Positions 44,180-59,427 of a DNA stretch of 64,000 bases are shown here, in pieces. Each line of letters starts with the position of its first letter. Positions within the stretch are counted from its first letter, which is position 1. A program made the position numbers and the translations under genes. Under the pieces are notes generated by a model. It worked only from the letters and a program-made list of their open reading frames with translations. It was not told where the DNA came from and searched no databases. The stretch is from Octopus vulgaris (taxonomy: Eukaryota): positions 107,756,001 through 107,820,000 of the forward strand of contig OX597823.1 in NCBI GenBank assembly GCA_951406725.2, in the 5' to 3' direction.

Positions 44180-44393
44180 ACTTGTTTCAGTCATTTGACT
44201 GCGGCCATGCTGGAGCACCGCCTTTAGAGTGGTGAAAGAGTACAGCAGGGATCACCACCTCCTGCCGGAGCCTCGTGGAGCTTTTAGGTGTTTTTTTTTC
44301 GCTCAATAAACACACACAACGCCCGGTCTGGGAATCGAAACCGCGATCATCCGACCGCAAGTCCGCTGCCCTAACAACTAGGCCATTGCGCCT

Positions 44394-44395
<2 letters not shown>
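44180..44395 (-). mobile_element. Young tRNA-derived SINE (family C) sharing the 3' tail of family B
   Basis: Sense strand reads GGAGGCGCAATGGCCTAGTTGTTAGGGCAGCGG (A box) ...GGTTTCGATTCCC (B box) ...AAAGGCGGTGCTCCAGCATGGCCGCAGTCAAATGACTGAAACAAGTA. Consistent with the octopus OR/OK SINE types. Confidence 0.85.
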
Positions 44396-44452
<57 letters not shown>

Positions 44453-44729
44453 CATATATATATATATATATGTATATATATACACACATATATATATGTA
44501 TATACATATACATATACACACATATATATATATATCTATATACATACATACATATACATATGTACATACATGTACACAAATGTATATGTTGTATGCAATA
44601 TGTGTATATTTATATTTATGTTCAAGATACACGCATGTATGAATATATGTATGTATCGAACTATCTCTGTTATGTACGTGTCTGTGTGTGTATGTATGTG
44701 TCTGTCTGTATGTGTTTGTATCTATGTGT

Positions 44730-44787
<58 letters not shown>

Positions 44788-44788
<1 letters not shown>

Positions 44789-44935
44789 GGTGCCTTGCTT
44801 AGTGGTTAGGATGTCAGAATCGCTCGCTATCATAAGTTTGTGGGTTCGTTTCCTGGACCTGTAAACGCATTCCCTTCTTAAGCAAGGCACTTCGTTTTAC
44901 GTGACTCCACTTCTATTCAGGTATATAAGTGACTA
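44788..44935 (+). mobile_element. Diverged CORE-like SINE head
   Basis: GCTTAGTGGTTAGG (A box) ...GGGTTCGTTTCC (B box) ...TTAAGCAAGGCACTT. Confidence 0.6.
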
Positions 44936-45164
44936 CATAGCGAAAGTCTGGTACACGCTGTCCAGTCAATCTCCATACTTACTAACGGTCGTAACATATA
45001 GGTGTTCATACACACACACGGAAATATTTTCTAGTTTCGGGTCCAGAGCTGTGGCCATGCTGGGGCACGGCCAACTGGGTTGTTGCTACACCTTCATTAA
45101 TCCAACTTTAATAGTTGGCATTTGGTGAATGGGGGAGTTTGATGTTGCTGCGTATTTATACGCA

Positions 45165-46150
<986 letters not shown>

Positions 46151-47724
46151 ACATAGTCATCGAGATATCCCTCATGTGGAAATGGTAACGAAAATATTTT
46201 AAAATCTCTTTCTATCTCCCTCTCCCTCTCCTGTGCTCTCCCTACCTCCTACTCTCTCTCTTTATATACACACATACATATCTGTGTGTGTGCGTGTGTG
46301 TTTGTATATATATATGTATATGTTCAACTCCCCCCCCCCTTTTATCTTCCCTCCCTTCTAAATCTATCTCACTTCCCTACTTTTTGTAATTTCAATATGA
46401 ACGCTTTCCCTGCCCGTTTCCTCTCCCCCTCCCCCTCTCCCTCTCTCTCCCCCTCTCTCTTTCTCTCTACCTTTCATTCTTTCACCCTCACGCACAGTTC
46501 AGCTCTCTCACTCACACATCCCGACCATCACACATATATATATATCGATGGCAGCAGCTTTGTGTTCGTGTGTGCGAACCTATGTACCAGCGCGCGCGCG
46601 TGTGTGTGTGCGCTTCCGTGCCGGTGCGTGTGTTGGCTTTTATACAGAAAATAGATGGACAGAATTATGCACAAACAAAAGCACCGAATCACTACACCTC
46701 TACAACAACAACAACAACATTTTAGAAAGACATAGTGTTGATGTATGTGTGTGCGTGTGTGTGTGTGTGTGTGTTGTATGTGTGATCTGGATATGTTTAC
46801 TAAACAAACGTATACAACAGAGCTTCTTTCCACATGTCTCCCATCCAGCTAAAAATAGCAGGCGAATTCCCTCATGTACAGAGAAAAAACACTTTATGTA
46901 ATCTATTCTTAGATGTTAGTAAACTACAAGATAATTTATGGTCGGGGTGTCTTTCATGATTGATTTGCTTGTCGAGGGGCAACTTTGAGCTTCAAGTGTT
47001 GAGCTGGGGACGAACCTACATTTTCATTGTGTACCTATTTGTGTGTGTGTGTATGAGAGTGTGTGTGTGTATGCGTGCGTGTGTGTGCGTGCGAGTATGT
47101 TTGCGTGTGTATGTGTGTGTGTGTGACGATAAGAAATGGCCCAAGAGGTTTAAAAGGAATCGGTCGGCACAGAAATCCCGGTTACTGTATATTTTGGAAT
47201 GGTAAGTGCGTCGTTGTCTTTGATTTTCAGGGAGACACTCAATAAAGCTTAGAGAAGCCACTAGGAGGACGAGACTCAATAAGAATCTAAAACCTGTCCA
47301 CATTCCCCTTGTCAATGCGCGACCAGGTAATACTCCCGCATCAAAGCAGTTGATCAGCACACTGGGCATATCAGTGGTCTTCTACCCATCAGAGAACCGC
47401 GTCCTCCGTCTTGCACCTGTTCGGTCCAATGAAGTACAGTCTCTGCGGAGTTGAAGATGACCGTGAAGAATGAATCTTTTCCAAGTGGATTCAAGAGTTG
47501 AATTCAGCGATACTGCAAATGCATTTTTTGTGATGAAGAATATGTTGTGTAGTAATTTTGTACTGAAGAAGAATTATGCGCAATAAGAATGACGTATGTC
47601 CATTGATAAAAAGTTGTGCTTACCTTTGTATAACCCCCCAGGGTACATACATATGCACACACACACATACACAAACATACACACGCGCATACACGCGCAC
47701 AAGCACTCACATATAACATGTGTT

Positions 47725-48003
47725 TTGAGCCTACGAGTCCTTAGGTCAGGGCTTATCTCGGTTTCATGATACTTTAGCTTAACATTGAGTTAAGAGTACA
47801 AATCTCTCTGAATAAAACAGGATGCCAATCCTTCGCAGGATTAACCCTTTTCTGCAACTATCACTGTTACACATTCTCAGATGAGTGGAATGAGACAAAA
47901 TGAAATGCTGGATCGAGATCATAATGCACCGCTCAGTCCAAGAATCAAATCCAGGTCCTAACGTTCGTGAGTGGAACACCGAAACCACTATGTCTTGGAT
48001 CTT
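47725..48003 (-). mobile_element. Ancient tRNA SINE with CORE-like and V-domain-like segments
   Basis: Sense strand reads TAGTGGTTTCGGTGTTCC...GGATTTGATTC..., then CCTGCGAAGGATTGGCATCC...GAAACCGAGATAAGCCC, resembling the V-SINE central domain. Judged by eye. Confidence 0.5.
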
Positions 48004-48027
48004 CGTACACACACACACACACACACG

Positions 48028-48094
<67 letters not shown>

Positions 48095-48659
48095 ACATAC
48101 ACAGGCACAATGATAAAAATGCTAAATCTAACCGGTGTACATTCATTTAATTTAGGTGGAAGGTTTACAATGAGTCGAAATTTGCAAAGAACTAAAATGT
48201 ATGTATGTGCACGTGTTGCAGTCCACATTTTACTGAAACAGTATTTACTGCGCTTAAAGTCCAAATGTTACATTGTCAGAGGAGAGTAGAACCAGAGATT
48301 TCTCGTTAACCGAGAAACTTGATATTGAAGAGCAAGATGGTTACTCGAAAAGCCTCTCTTTATGAGCTTTCTAAAGGAGACATAGGATTGCCTGAAACGA
48401 TTTAAAATTTCCTCATCCAGAGTTCACCAGCTGAAAAGGATGCTGCCTCTCTGTTTGAAATGGAGGAATATGATTAAATCGACACCCTTGGTCTGAGAAA
48501 GTGGGAAGGCAGGGTGATGCAGTATGTTCTTGAGATGGCTTTAGTGTTAGGTCTATCCTTTTATAAACTCTAATGGTTACCGAAATGATGGCTCATTGCG
48601 TTCCGGAGTGTGAGCTACCAGCGCAGACATAAACATCAATGATCAGTTCAGATGTGAAC

Positions 48660-50320
48660 TTGGCCAGAACTTTTCCAGCAATGGACGGGATAACTATACT
48701 CCGGCAATTGGAGCAAATACATTTATTTCTTTTGTTTTTGTAGATGGTGACAATTGTCCAGTCCAGAAAATTTTTTTCTTATTCTATGTTTTGATGGTTG
48801 CATTAAGTTCATTCAAATTGCAGAAAGCTGGGGTTTTCACAATAGTTCCATTGGTTTAAGACCTAGTTAACTTGTTCTTCCGAGCGATTCAATTTTGCTG
48901 AAAGGTCTTTCAGTAGAAATATTCTGCCTTAAAAGTTCACTTGTGCCATGAAACAATTCCATGGGTTATAGATATATCTTTATTGCATCACAGAAACTGT
49001 GCAGGCTTGGCCTGTCTACATTTCTCGAACACGCATTTCCGAAGAGCTCACAATGTTTATCTGGAGTGTGTCATGGTTTGTCCAGAGAGGCTCAGTGAAC
49101 CTTGTATATTTATTTCTTTACTGCCCACAGGGGCGGGGGGCTAAAGATAGAGGGGACAAACAAGGACAAAGGGATTAAGTCGATTACATCGACCCAGTGT
49201 GTAAATGGTGCTTATTTAATCGACCCCGAAAGGATGAAAGGCAAAGTCGACCTCGGCGGAATTTGAACTCAGACCGTAACGGCAGACGAAATGCCGCTAA
49301 GCATTTCGCCCGGCGTCCTAACGATTCTGCCAGCTCTCCTGGCGAGGATGTCGATCGTGCAGGAATTTTCATCCAAACACAAACTCTCAAGAGGAAGATT
49401 GAGTCAAAAGCTTTCAGTCTAACAGAATATGATGAACGTCCTTACATATATGGAGACAGTCGAGCTTGCTCTGACTGAGCTTCTTCATGCTTGATGTCGA
49501 GCGTCGTAACGGTGCACTTGCAATCTGACTTTTGTTAGTATTCTCCGATGATCTGTCGTCCAATATTCGGCACCCATCATTGCACAACTAAACAGAATAG
49601 ATATGAGATCTGTCTACCTGGCTGTGTTTAGATCAACAAAGCATCAGTATTTGGGCTTGAAATGCATCCAAGAGGTTTCGTGTTTGATCATCTATTGGAA
49701 GGTGGTGCTGGCCATGACTGGATTGTTCTGTGCCCGCTCAATTAGAAGCATTGTGCCTTTGATCTTAGTTTTCATAAAACCACGATTTTACAGACTTGCG
49801 TTAAAAGCATTCTTTAAACTGGATTTTGTCAGGAGATTTTCCTCAGTGTTTGGTTTCCTGGCCGACTGAAGCGGTTTTTGCCCTGATAAATGAGACGGCA
49901 AAGCCTCGATGCAGGGATACTTAGTAACATGATAGATATTCTCTGCAAGTAGGTATATGAAGTGACAATTGTCGATCACTAATGCCAATCAGTATTTTGG
50001 TCAGTTTAGGGGGCATATTCTTCGAAGTAATGCAGACACATGATAGTGATGTCCACATGCAAGGTAGTATTTCCAAAATAAAGAAGCTCTCACCATCCTC
50101 ATCCTGAGAACCGTCTCCAAGTAACGTTTCCTCATCTAACGCAGCACTATTTACTTTGTAGGACAACACACTGATTGTGGGAGCTTATTCGTCGTTGGGG
50201 CTGGTTCACAAATTACTGATATCAGTAGATAGAATAGATTATACACTCAGTGCTTATATAATCCATTTTTGTCATGTATGTGGAAATTCCACATACATAT
50301 GATAGACATGGTTTCCTATC
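48660..50320 (-). pseudogene. Decayed RTE-clade LINE ORF (APE endonuclease plus start of reverse transcriptase)
   Basis: Minus-strand motifs in the expected order: CMWNF (approx. TWNVRT), SYKVNSAALDEETLLGDGS, KLTKILIGISDRQLSLHIP, STTFQ*MIKHETSWMH and TIVTIYKNKRNKCICSNCRSIVIPSIAGKVLAK. Many stops and frameshifts. 50320-50960 may be its 5' region. Confidence 0.88.
49108..49339 (-). mobile_element. Young family A SINE inserted into the RTE LINE
   Basis: Near-identical to the units at 19127-19633; it interrupts the LINE ORF. Confidence 0.9.
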
Positions 50321-51096
50321 CAGAAATCTAACTGTATCAACAATTTTAGGCATCTTTCTTCGGTCCCTCCTCGGCTGGTCCCAAATTGACTTGCTTAGTT
50401 GCAGACAGAAAAAAAATTCCTCTCAATGACACCTGTCAACGACTGTTGCCCTGAAACACCGAAGTATTGAGTTCCCATCAGAAGCTTCCAGCATATTCAG
50501 ATCTACTCCCTTTTCCAGGTTGTCCTTCACAATCTCACTCTTGCAAGGACCCGAGATCCAAGATCCAGCATGCATACGCTTGCATAGGTGGTGTTGGTGT
50601 GCACACTTCTCAAAATCATTCTCTTTGCCATGAAAAACAAGCGAGACTCCAGGTGTCTGATACATTCTCCTAGCTGCAGGATGCTACTGAAAATCAGGTT
50701 TGTCGGAAACCACCATCAGCTTAACCGTCACATCTTGTTTTTCTTTTAGGCTCTACTTCCCAAGTCGTTTCTTAGAGTTACCGACAAGATAGCAGGACAA
50801 TGATTGATAAGTGCCAAAGCTCACCCACAGTATGGGTTTCTCCGTAGTATCTGTGAGTGGGGTCGTTGCTGCTCCGAGTTCCTCTGCTTTCGTGTAGCTC
50901 GCTGTCACCGTTAACCAGTGCATAGGGCTTAACCAATGGTAGCACGATATACACAAGAAGTTTGCGTTTATGTGATGTGATGTGTGTGCGTGAGAGAGAG
51001 ACTGCTCTTGCGCACATTGAATACTCGCTTTACCCATTCATATGAGCACATAATGCATACGTTCACAGAGAAACAAATGAAGTTCGTTAGTTATGA

Positions 51097-51110
51097 AAAT
51101 AATAATAATG

Positions 51111-51156
<46 letters not shown>

Positions 51157-51162
51157 TAATAA

Positions 51163-51225
<63 letters not shown>

Positions 51226-51227
51226 TG

Positions 51228-51304
<77 letters not shown>

Positions 51305-51305
51305 T
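51097..51305. repeat. (AAT)n array
   Basis: Directly visible. Confidence 0.95.
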
Positions 51306-51447
51306 AGGATGGGATAGTCACAGGTGAAAGTCGTTGCTGAAAAGGTGACCTAAGGCTGAGAGCTAACCCTTTTCTCCTTCGTGGAATAACAGCCATGGGT
51401 TGCCCCATTTCATATATGTACGTATATATATATATGAATGAACGTAC

Positions 51448-51487
<40 letters not shown>

Positions 51488-51630
51488 CAGCAGTAGCAGC
51501 AGCAGCAGCAGCAGAACTTTAAGCGTCACCGTGCCCGAAACACCAGCACCACCACACCAGGCTTCTATAACGGCTAGTACTGACACTAACGGCTACCCCA
51601 CTACCGCTGCTGCTGCTGCTGCTGCTGCTG

Positions 51631-51685
<55 letters not shown>

Positions 51686-51977
51686 ATACACGATCAGACT
51701 GTCGTCATCGTTGTTGTTTCTGATGTGATTGTTGTTGTGCATATGAAATGGTGCGGGAGCAAAAACACTTCCTCTCATATCCGCATTCACACGTGCAAAC
51801 TCATGCACAGTACACATATATACATACATGCTCGCATGCACATATACACATATGCACGCATATATTCACACTGCGTCACAAACACCTACGTATATAAAGT
51901 ACTAATATATTTATGCACACATATGCATTACATGTGCACGCGTACTTAGTATTTCTACATGCATAAATGCATTATTG

Positions 51978-52615
<638 letters not shown>

Positions 52616-52978
52616 ATTACTGTATACGTTTTCAGTATATGTATTTTTTTTTCTGGGTTTATTTATCAAATTTCTCGCCAGTTGAGAAAAAGCAGGGCTC
52701 CAACCGAGAAACAAAGCACTTTCACTGGAATTTACACAGCATCAAATATGCAGCAATGCATGCAAGTGGATGCATATCGATATGCGTGTGTGAAAGTATA
52801 ACTTTTGACTTATGTGCAAACGTCTGCGTTTCTACGTGTTTTATATAAATTACAGGCTAAACTTTTGGAATGGTACATATTTTTACACTTCCGTGCATAT
52901 AAGTATACATATAAGTATATATATATATATATATGGATATCTGCATAATGCATGTATATTTGCACGCAGGCATATATT

Positions 52979-53192
52979 ACTCTTTTACTCTTTCACTTGT
53001 TTCAGTCATTTGACTGCGGCCATGCTGGAGCACCGCCTTTAGTCGATCAACTCGACCCCGGGACTTATTCTTTTTGTAAGCCCAGTACTTATTCTATCGG
53101 TCTCTTTTTTGCCGAACCGCTAAGTGACGGGGACGTAAACGCACCAGCATCGGTTGTCAAGCAATGCTAGGGGAACGAACACAGACACACAA

Positions 53193-53223
<31 letters not shown>

Positions 53224-53395
53224 CATATATACGACAGGCTTCTTTCAGTTTCCGTCTACCAAATCCACTCACAAGGCATTGGTCGGCCCGGGGCTATAGC
53301 AGAAGACACTTGCCCAAGATGCCACGCAGTGGGACTGAACCCGGAACCATGTGGTTGGTTAGCAAGCTACTTACCACACAGCCACTCCTGCGCCT
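52979..53395 (-). mobile_element. Full-length young CORE-like tRNA SINE (family B)
   Basis: Sense strand reads GGCGCAGGAGTGGCTGTGTGGTAAG (A box), CCGGGTTCAGTCCC (B box), MIR-core-like CTTGGGCAAGTGTCTT, an internal (TA)n(TG)n, and a tail ...GACTGAAACAAGTGAAAGAGTAAAAGA. Confidence 0.92.
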
Positions 53396-53682
53396 ATATG
53401 TATGCATGTGTGTATATATCTTCGCTGTATGTACTTATGATGCACGTAATTATGTTTGTATGCGGGATATGTGCGTATATGATGCACGCGTGATGAATGC
53501 ATGATGCGTTTATATGTATACGTTCTCATCAATATAGGAGATGCGTGTATAAATAGATATATCATGAATAGGGGTTTCATATATATGCATGTTGTGGAAT
53601 GTATAAAAGTAATCAGTTAGTTTAATGCACTTCTATACATAGACACGCACATTTTCAAGAATACAAGTGTGTTTGTGTGGGT

Positions 53683-53729
<47 letters not shown>

Positions 53730-53854
53730 CACACACATATATATATACATAAGCATATAAATATATGCATATATATATACATACATATATACGCATTTAT
53801 ATATAACTGTATATGTGTGTATAAACATATATATATATATACGCACACAAACTC

Positions 53855-53901
<47 letters not shown>

Positions 53902-53917
53902 TACTATATATATATAT

Positions 53918-53961
<44 letters not shown>

Positions 53962-53995
53962 TACGCATTTATATATAACTGTATATGTGTGTATA

Positions 53996-54031
<36 letters not shown>

Positions 54032-54536
54032 CGCACACAAACTCATATATATGCATATATATATATATACATACATATATATATTGACATACACATATAT
54101 TTACATCTTTCTATATATATATGGATGGATGTACACAAATTTATACACCTGTACATTATATGTATTGGGGGAGAGTATCTAGAGGTGTATACTTACTATA
54201 GTATATATAAATACTTGCAAGCATCCCTATGTAAACACACATATGTATACATACATGTTGATAGGCCCACACATATATAAAACCTTCACAGAAGAATAAA
54301 TTCAGAGGCAATCCTGTGTATATTGACCCATCTACCCATTCCACCCCGTTCTCTACGTACATCAGTTGCTTCTTCATCTCTCTTTCTCACTACCTGTCTG
54401 TCTGTCTGTCTATTTATCTATCTCTCTGTCTATCTACTCACATTTCACTCTCTCTCTTCATGTAACTGGTAATTGTCTCTCACCTCTCTCTTTTCCCTCT
54501 CTGCCCCCTGTGTATCTGTGTGCGCGCGCGCGTATA

Positions 54537-54602
<66 letters not shown>

Positions 54603-54657
54603 AAAAAAATACAAACTGGGGCAAGATATATATATATATATATATGTGTATATATAC

Positions 54658-54737
<80 letters not shown>

Positions 54738-54907
54738 ATATGCACACTCACAAATAGCGCAAAACAATAGTGATTTTTTTCTGCACATATATACTTGTTA
54801 AAAAAAAAATAGAAGCTCATACATAGATACATGCACACTCTGATATGTGTATGGTGTGAATATGTTTTGTACTGCACGTATGTCGAATATTATGTATATC
54901 AAATATT

Positions 54908-55119
54908 CTTTTCTACTCCAGGCAGAAGGCCCGATATTTTTGGGGAGGGGTCCAGCTGATTAGACTGACCCCAGCACGCAATTCGTACTTAATTTATCGA
55001 CCCCGAAAGGATGAAAGGCAAAGACGACCTCGGCGGTATTTGAACTCAGATGGTAAAGACAGACGAAATATCGCTAAGCATTTCGCCCGGCATGCTAACG
55101 TTTCTGCCAGCTCGCCGCC
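54908..55119 (-). mobile_element. Full-length family A SINE with a 14-bp TSD
   Basis: TSD GTATATCAAATATT at 54894-54907 and 55124-55137; head GGCGGCGAGCTGGCAGAAACGTTAGCA. Confidence 0.92.
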
Positions 55120-55211
55120 TGAAGTATATCAAATATTACGTATTATAAATACGCTATTAGGTATTAAATATACGGCTGTTATGCTCGATCTACTGAAGTG
55201 GCTTCAATGTA

Positions 55212-55365
55212 AGTGGCTTCCACACAGTTTCCGTCTACCCATGTTTACTCACAAAGCTGGACTCAACATGAGGCTGTGGTGAGGATTTGCGTAAAATGCC
55301 ATACTGTTGTATTGAACCCTGTATCTCATGATTGCAAAGCAAACTTCTTAAATATCAAGCCACAC
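55212..55365 (-). mobile_element. Diverged family B SINE 5' half
   Basis: GGCTTCCACACAGTTTCCGTCTACC...ACTCACAAAGC...TTGAACCC. Confidence 0.7.
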
Positions 55366-55432
55366 ACACAAACACACACACACGTACACACACCAACACA
55401 CACATACACACATATACATGTGTGTGTATATG

Positions 55433-55466
<34 letters not shown>

Positions 55467-55609
55467 CGTGTGTATACACACACACAAATACATATATATA
55501 CATATATGACATACGTTTGGGAAAACAGCCGTTAAAAAATAGTGAAAAATATGACTATTACATAATGTATATAATAAAGAGTTTAATGCATGTAGCCCTG
55601 CGTAAGAAT

Positions 55610-55760
55610 ATGCGGGACCCAGTAGTTAAAGTTTTGGGCATACAACTATAAGGTCGAGGATTCGCTTCAATGACCAGGGGGTACGTTGTGCCTTCAAGCA
55701 AGACGGTGCCTGTCTCAGTGACACAGAGTTGCTTCTGCCCACTCAGCTGAAACCGAGAAC
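55610..55760 (+). mobile_element. Highly diverged CORE-like SINE
   Basis: CCCAGTAGTTAAAG...GGATTCG...GTTGTGCCTTCAAGCAAGAC...CACTCAGCTG. Confidence 0.45.
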
Positions 55761-56258
55761 TAAACCAGTGGAGGCACAGTCTTCTCCCCCTCCAGCTGCC
55801 ATATCGGATGTGTTTTTTTCGTTCAAGGAAAGAAGGGCTGAGCGGTATCTATGCCTGCTTTTGACTACACAGGTACCCGGCTAAAACAAATCGCGAAAGC
55901 ATGGGACGCTTCCGGGTGATGGATGTGCTTTATATCCATCACCATTGAAGCCCCGACCGACTTGACCTTTCCAATAAACGTAGCTCTGCTATCAGCAAAG
56001 ATTCAAACCACCAGTAATTCTGTTCCGTTGTTATTCTTTTGTTGACGTGATTTACACCTCGCATTCGCACTGACATGTAGAGATTCTGGCGGGAAAATGA
56101 ATTATTGAAGTTTCCTTTAATCTATGGAGAGTGATGCGGTTTATATACACAAAGGTAACTCATAAAACATGACAAGGAGAGACGTGGTACAACCGGATCC
56201 AGAAATACAGTACTCGTCGACATAATAACGTGGTTTCCCTGAGTGTCAGTCTAAGAAT

Positions 56259-56289
<31 letters not shown>

Positions 56290-56495
56290 TTATATAAGTA
56301 TGCTGTATGTTCTATGTATAAGAAAAGCTTGAATAAGTGGAGGAATAGCAAACAAACGGATATACAGATGAATGAACAGATCACACATCCATCCATCCAT
56401 CCATCCATCCATCCAGCCAGCCAGCCATACATCCATCCATCCATCCATCCATCCAGCAAGCCAGCTAGCCTTATATACATAGTCACCATGTATTG

Positions 56496-56579
<84 letters not shown>

Positions 56580-56650
56580 AAGAGAATGTTGCGTGAGTAT
56601 ATGTATATGAGTTTGGATACTAATATCTAAGGTGGTAACAAGACAAAAAC

Positions 56651-56705
<55 letters not shown>

Positions 56706-56894
56706 TTTTGATATCTGCGTATTTGGTGTGGATGCGTGTCTATGCAGTGTATGTGTCCCATGTAGAGATGCTTTCTTTCCCCCCTCTCCCTCTGTATGAG
56801 AAGGGGTTACAAGAAAATGACGCTTTTATTTTTTGTTTGTTTTATCACCATTATAATCACCATCAACAATACCACCAGCAGTATTGTAGCCGTC

Positions 56895-57168
56895 ATCAAT
56901 ATCATCATCATCATCATCATCATCGCCATCATCGTCGACATTGCCTACCTCTCCTTCTTCTTCTTCTTCCTCCTCCTCCTCCTCCTCATCATCATCATCC
57001 TCATTATCATCATCATCAGTATTATCATTAAAACCACCATACTCTTCATCATCATCATCATCTTCATCATCGTCTACATATTCATCATCATAACCATCAT
57101 CCTCTCGATCGTGTTCATCGTCGCACCGTCTTCGTTATCGTCGTCGTCATCGTCATCACCATCTTCAC

Positions 57169-57214
<46 letters not shown>

Positions 57215-57480
57215 GTCGTCGTCGTCATCGTCGTCGTCGTCGTCATCATCATCAGAATGTTAGTTGGCTATACATTTTTTCGCCGTCATCGTCCTCGCCG
57301 CCTCTGTCATCATCCTCATGATCATTACCACAACCTTCATGATGATGATGATGATGATGATGTTGATGGTGATGATGATGATGATGATGATGAAATATTG
57401 GATGATGATGATAACCCCCAGTGTCATGAACGTCATCACTACCGTCATCACCGTCAGCATCGCCGTCGCCATTGTCATCT
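56895..57480. repeat. Degenerate (CAT/CGT/CTT/CCT)n triplet region with an opposing (GAT)n block
   Basis: Directly visible. Confidence 0.9.
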
Positions 57481-57593
57481 GTGGGGTTCTTTCGGTTCCT
57501 ACTTTGTAAAATTCTTTTTCTACTTTTCCTTTTCCTTTTTGCTATATACCTCATTAAAAGAAGAATCGAGGTAATGAACTGCAAAGTCACCCG

Positions 57594-57644
<51 letters not shown>

Positions 57645-57763
57645 GACTGTGTGTGCGTGTGTGTGTGTGTGTGTGTGTCCATTGTTTATCTAATCTCGCT
57701 CATCCTTTCGCTCATCCTCTCTGAATACATACAAACATACATACATATATATGTGTGTGTATA

Positions 57764-57818
<55 letters not shown>

Positions 57819-57835
57819 ATATATACATAAATATA

Positions 57836-57901
<66 letters not shown>

Positions 57902-57902
57902 A

Positions 57903-57981
<79 letters not shown>

Positions 57982-58387
57982 TAGATAGATAAACAGATAG
58001 CTAGATAAATATTAATAGATATACATACACACACACAGACACACACAGACACGTAGTGAGGGAGGTGGGAAGGAGAGAGGTGGCTTATATTGGTGGACAC
58101 AGAAAGAGCTTCTGGGCAGTACACAAGAAACGCATATATAATCCACACTTTCATATTCACGTGTGTATGTGTGTGTGTGTATGTGTGTGAATGTGTGTGA
58201 ATGTGTGTGTATCCTAGTGCACGCACACACAGTGTTATGTATGTGTATATGGATGGATGGATGATGTCTGCCAGTGTCTCAGCATGGCCACCACCATGTG
58301 GGTGAAAGTTAAACAAATACATTAGAGCACACACACACACACACACACACACAAATTTTGATATATTTTATTGTGTTGATATATGTA

Positions 58388-58441
<54 letters not shown>

Positions 58442-58717
58442 ATTTCGAGAATAAGTATGTAGCACCAAAGTAAAGCAACATCACAACATCCAAGCATCCA
58501 TGCAGGAAGACCTGACCAGCCCTCTCTATCGATCGACCGTTAGCCCGAACTCCTCCACCCGAACCACACTCCCCTTTAAAAGTCTATGAGTCACGGACTA
58601 TGGAGTTTCAGGGAGGAAGAAGGAAAAAAAAATGAAATGAAAAAGAGAGAGAGAAAAAAAAAGGAAAAAAAAAAAGATAAAAATAAAATGGAAGAAACAA
58701 AACCAACAGAAAGAAAG

Positions 58718-58728
58718 TGATAGATAGA

Positions 58729-58791
<63 letters not shown>

Positions 58792-58887
58792 GTAGATAGA
58801 CAGACAGCCAGACAGATAGATAAATAGATAGACAGACAGACAGCCAGACAGATAGATAGATAGATGGATAGATAGATATATATATAT

Positions 58888-58920
<33 letters not shown>

Positions 58921-59035
58921 CTGACAGATATATAGATAGATAGATAGACTGACAGATATATATATATATAGATAGATAGATGGACTGACAGACAGACAGA
59001 CTGATAGACTGACAGATAGATAGATAGATAGATAA
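58718..59035. repeat. (GATA/GACA)n array
   Basis: Directly visible. Confidence 0.95.
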
Positions 59036-59385
59036 ATATTGAGTGTATGTATGTGTGTGTGTGTTAACTCTGTGTGATGGCGGGAAAGAAAGTTAATAAA
59101 CAGACAGCTACATCAATCGATTGGTGGCGGCGGCGGTGGCGGCGGTGGCGGCGGCGGCGGCGGCGGCGGTGGTGGTGGTGGTGGTAGCGGCTGTATTGAG
59201 GCTGACAATTAATCTCTCTATCGGAAGAGGGGTCGGGGGTGGGGGAGGCTCGGTGATAGTGTTTCTCACTGCAACTTCACTGCAGCTTCTTTCGGTTCTT
59301 CAACCCAAACCCGTACTTCACCCCTAAATTCTTGTAAGCACCCCCTCACTCTCAGATAGACATTGACATACACAAACCCAGACAT

Positions 59386-59427
<42 letters not shown>

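Noticed and set aside
44320-44395. tRNA gene-like sequence (also at 53320-53395 and 55030-55119)
   Set aside because: These are SINE heads continuing into SINE bodies and tails; there is no proper cloverleaf or Pol III terminator.
47201-47230. Plus-strand gtaagt...ttttcag mini-intron of about 29 nt
   Set aside because: Too short for a typical metazoan intron, and the flanks give no credible ORF.
53770-54060. About 180-bp tandem duplication of compound microsatellite (similar cases at 42255-42480 and 16465-16545)
   Set aside because: Ordinary slippage or unequal exchange, or an assembly artefact.
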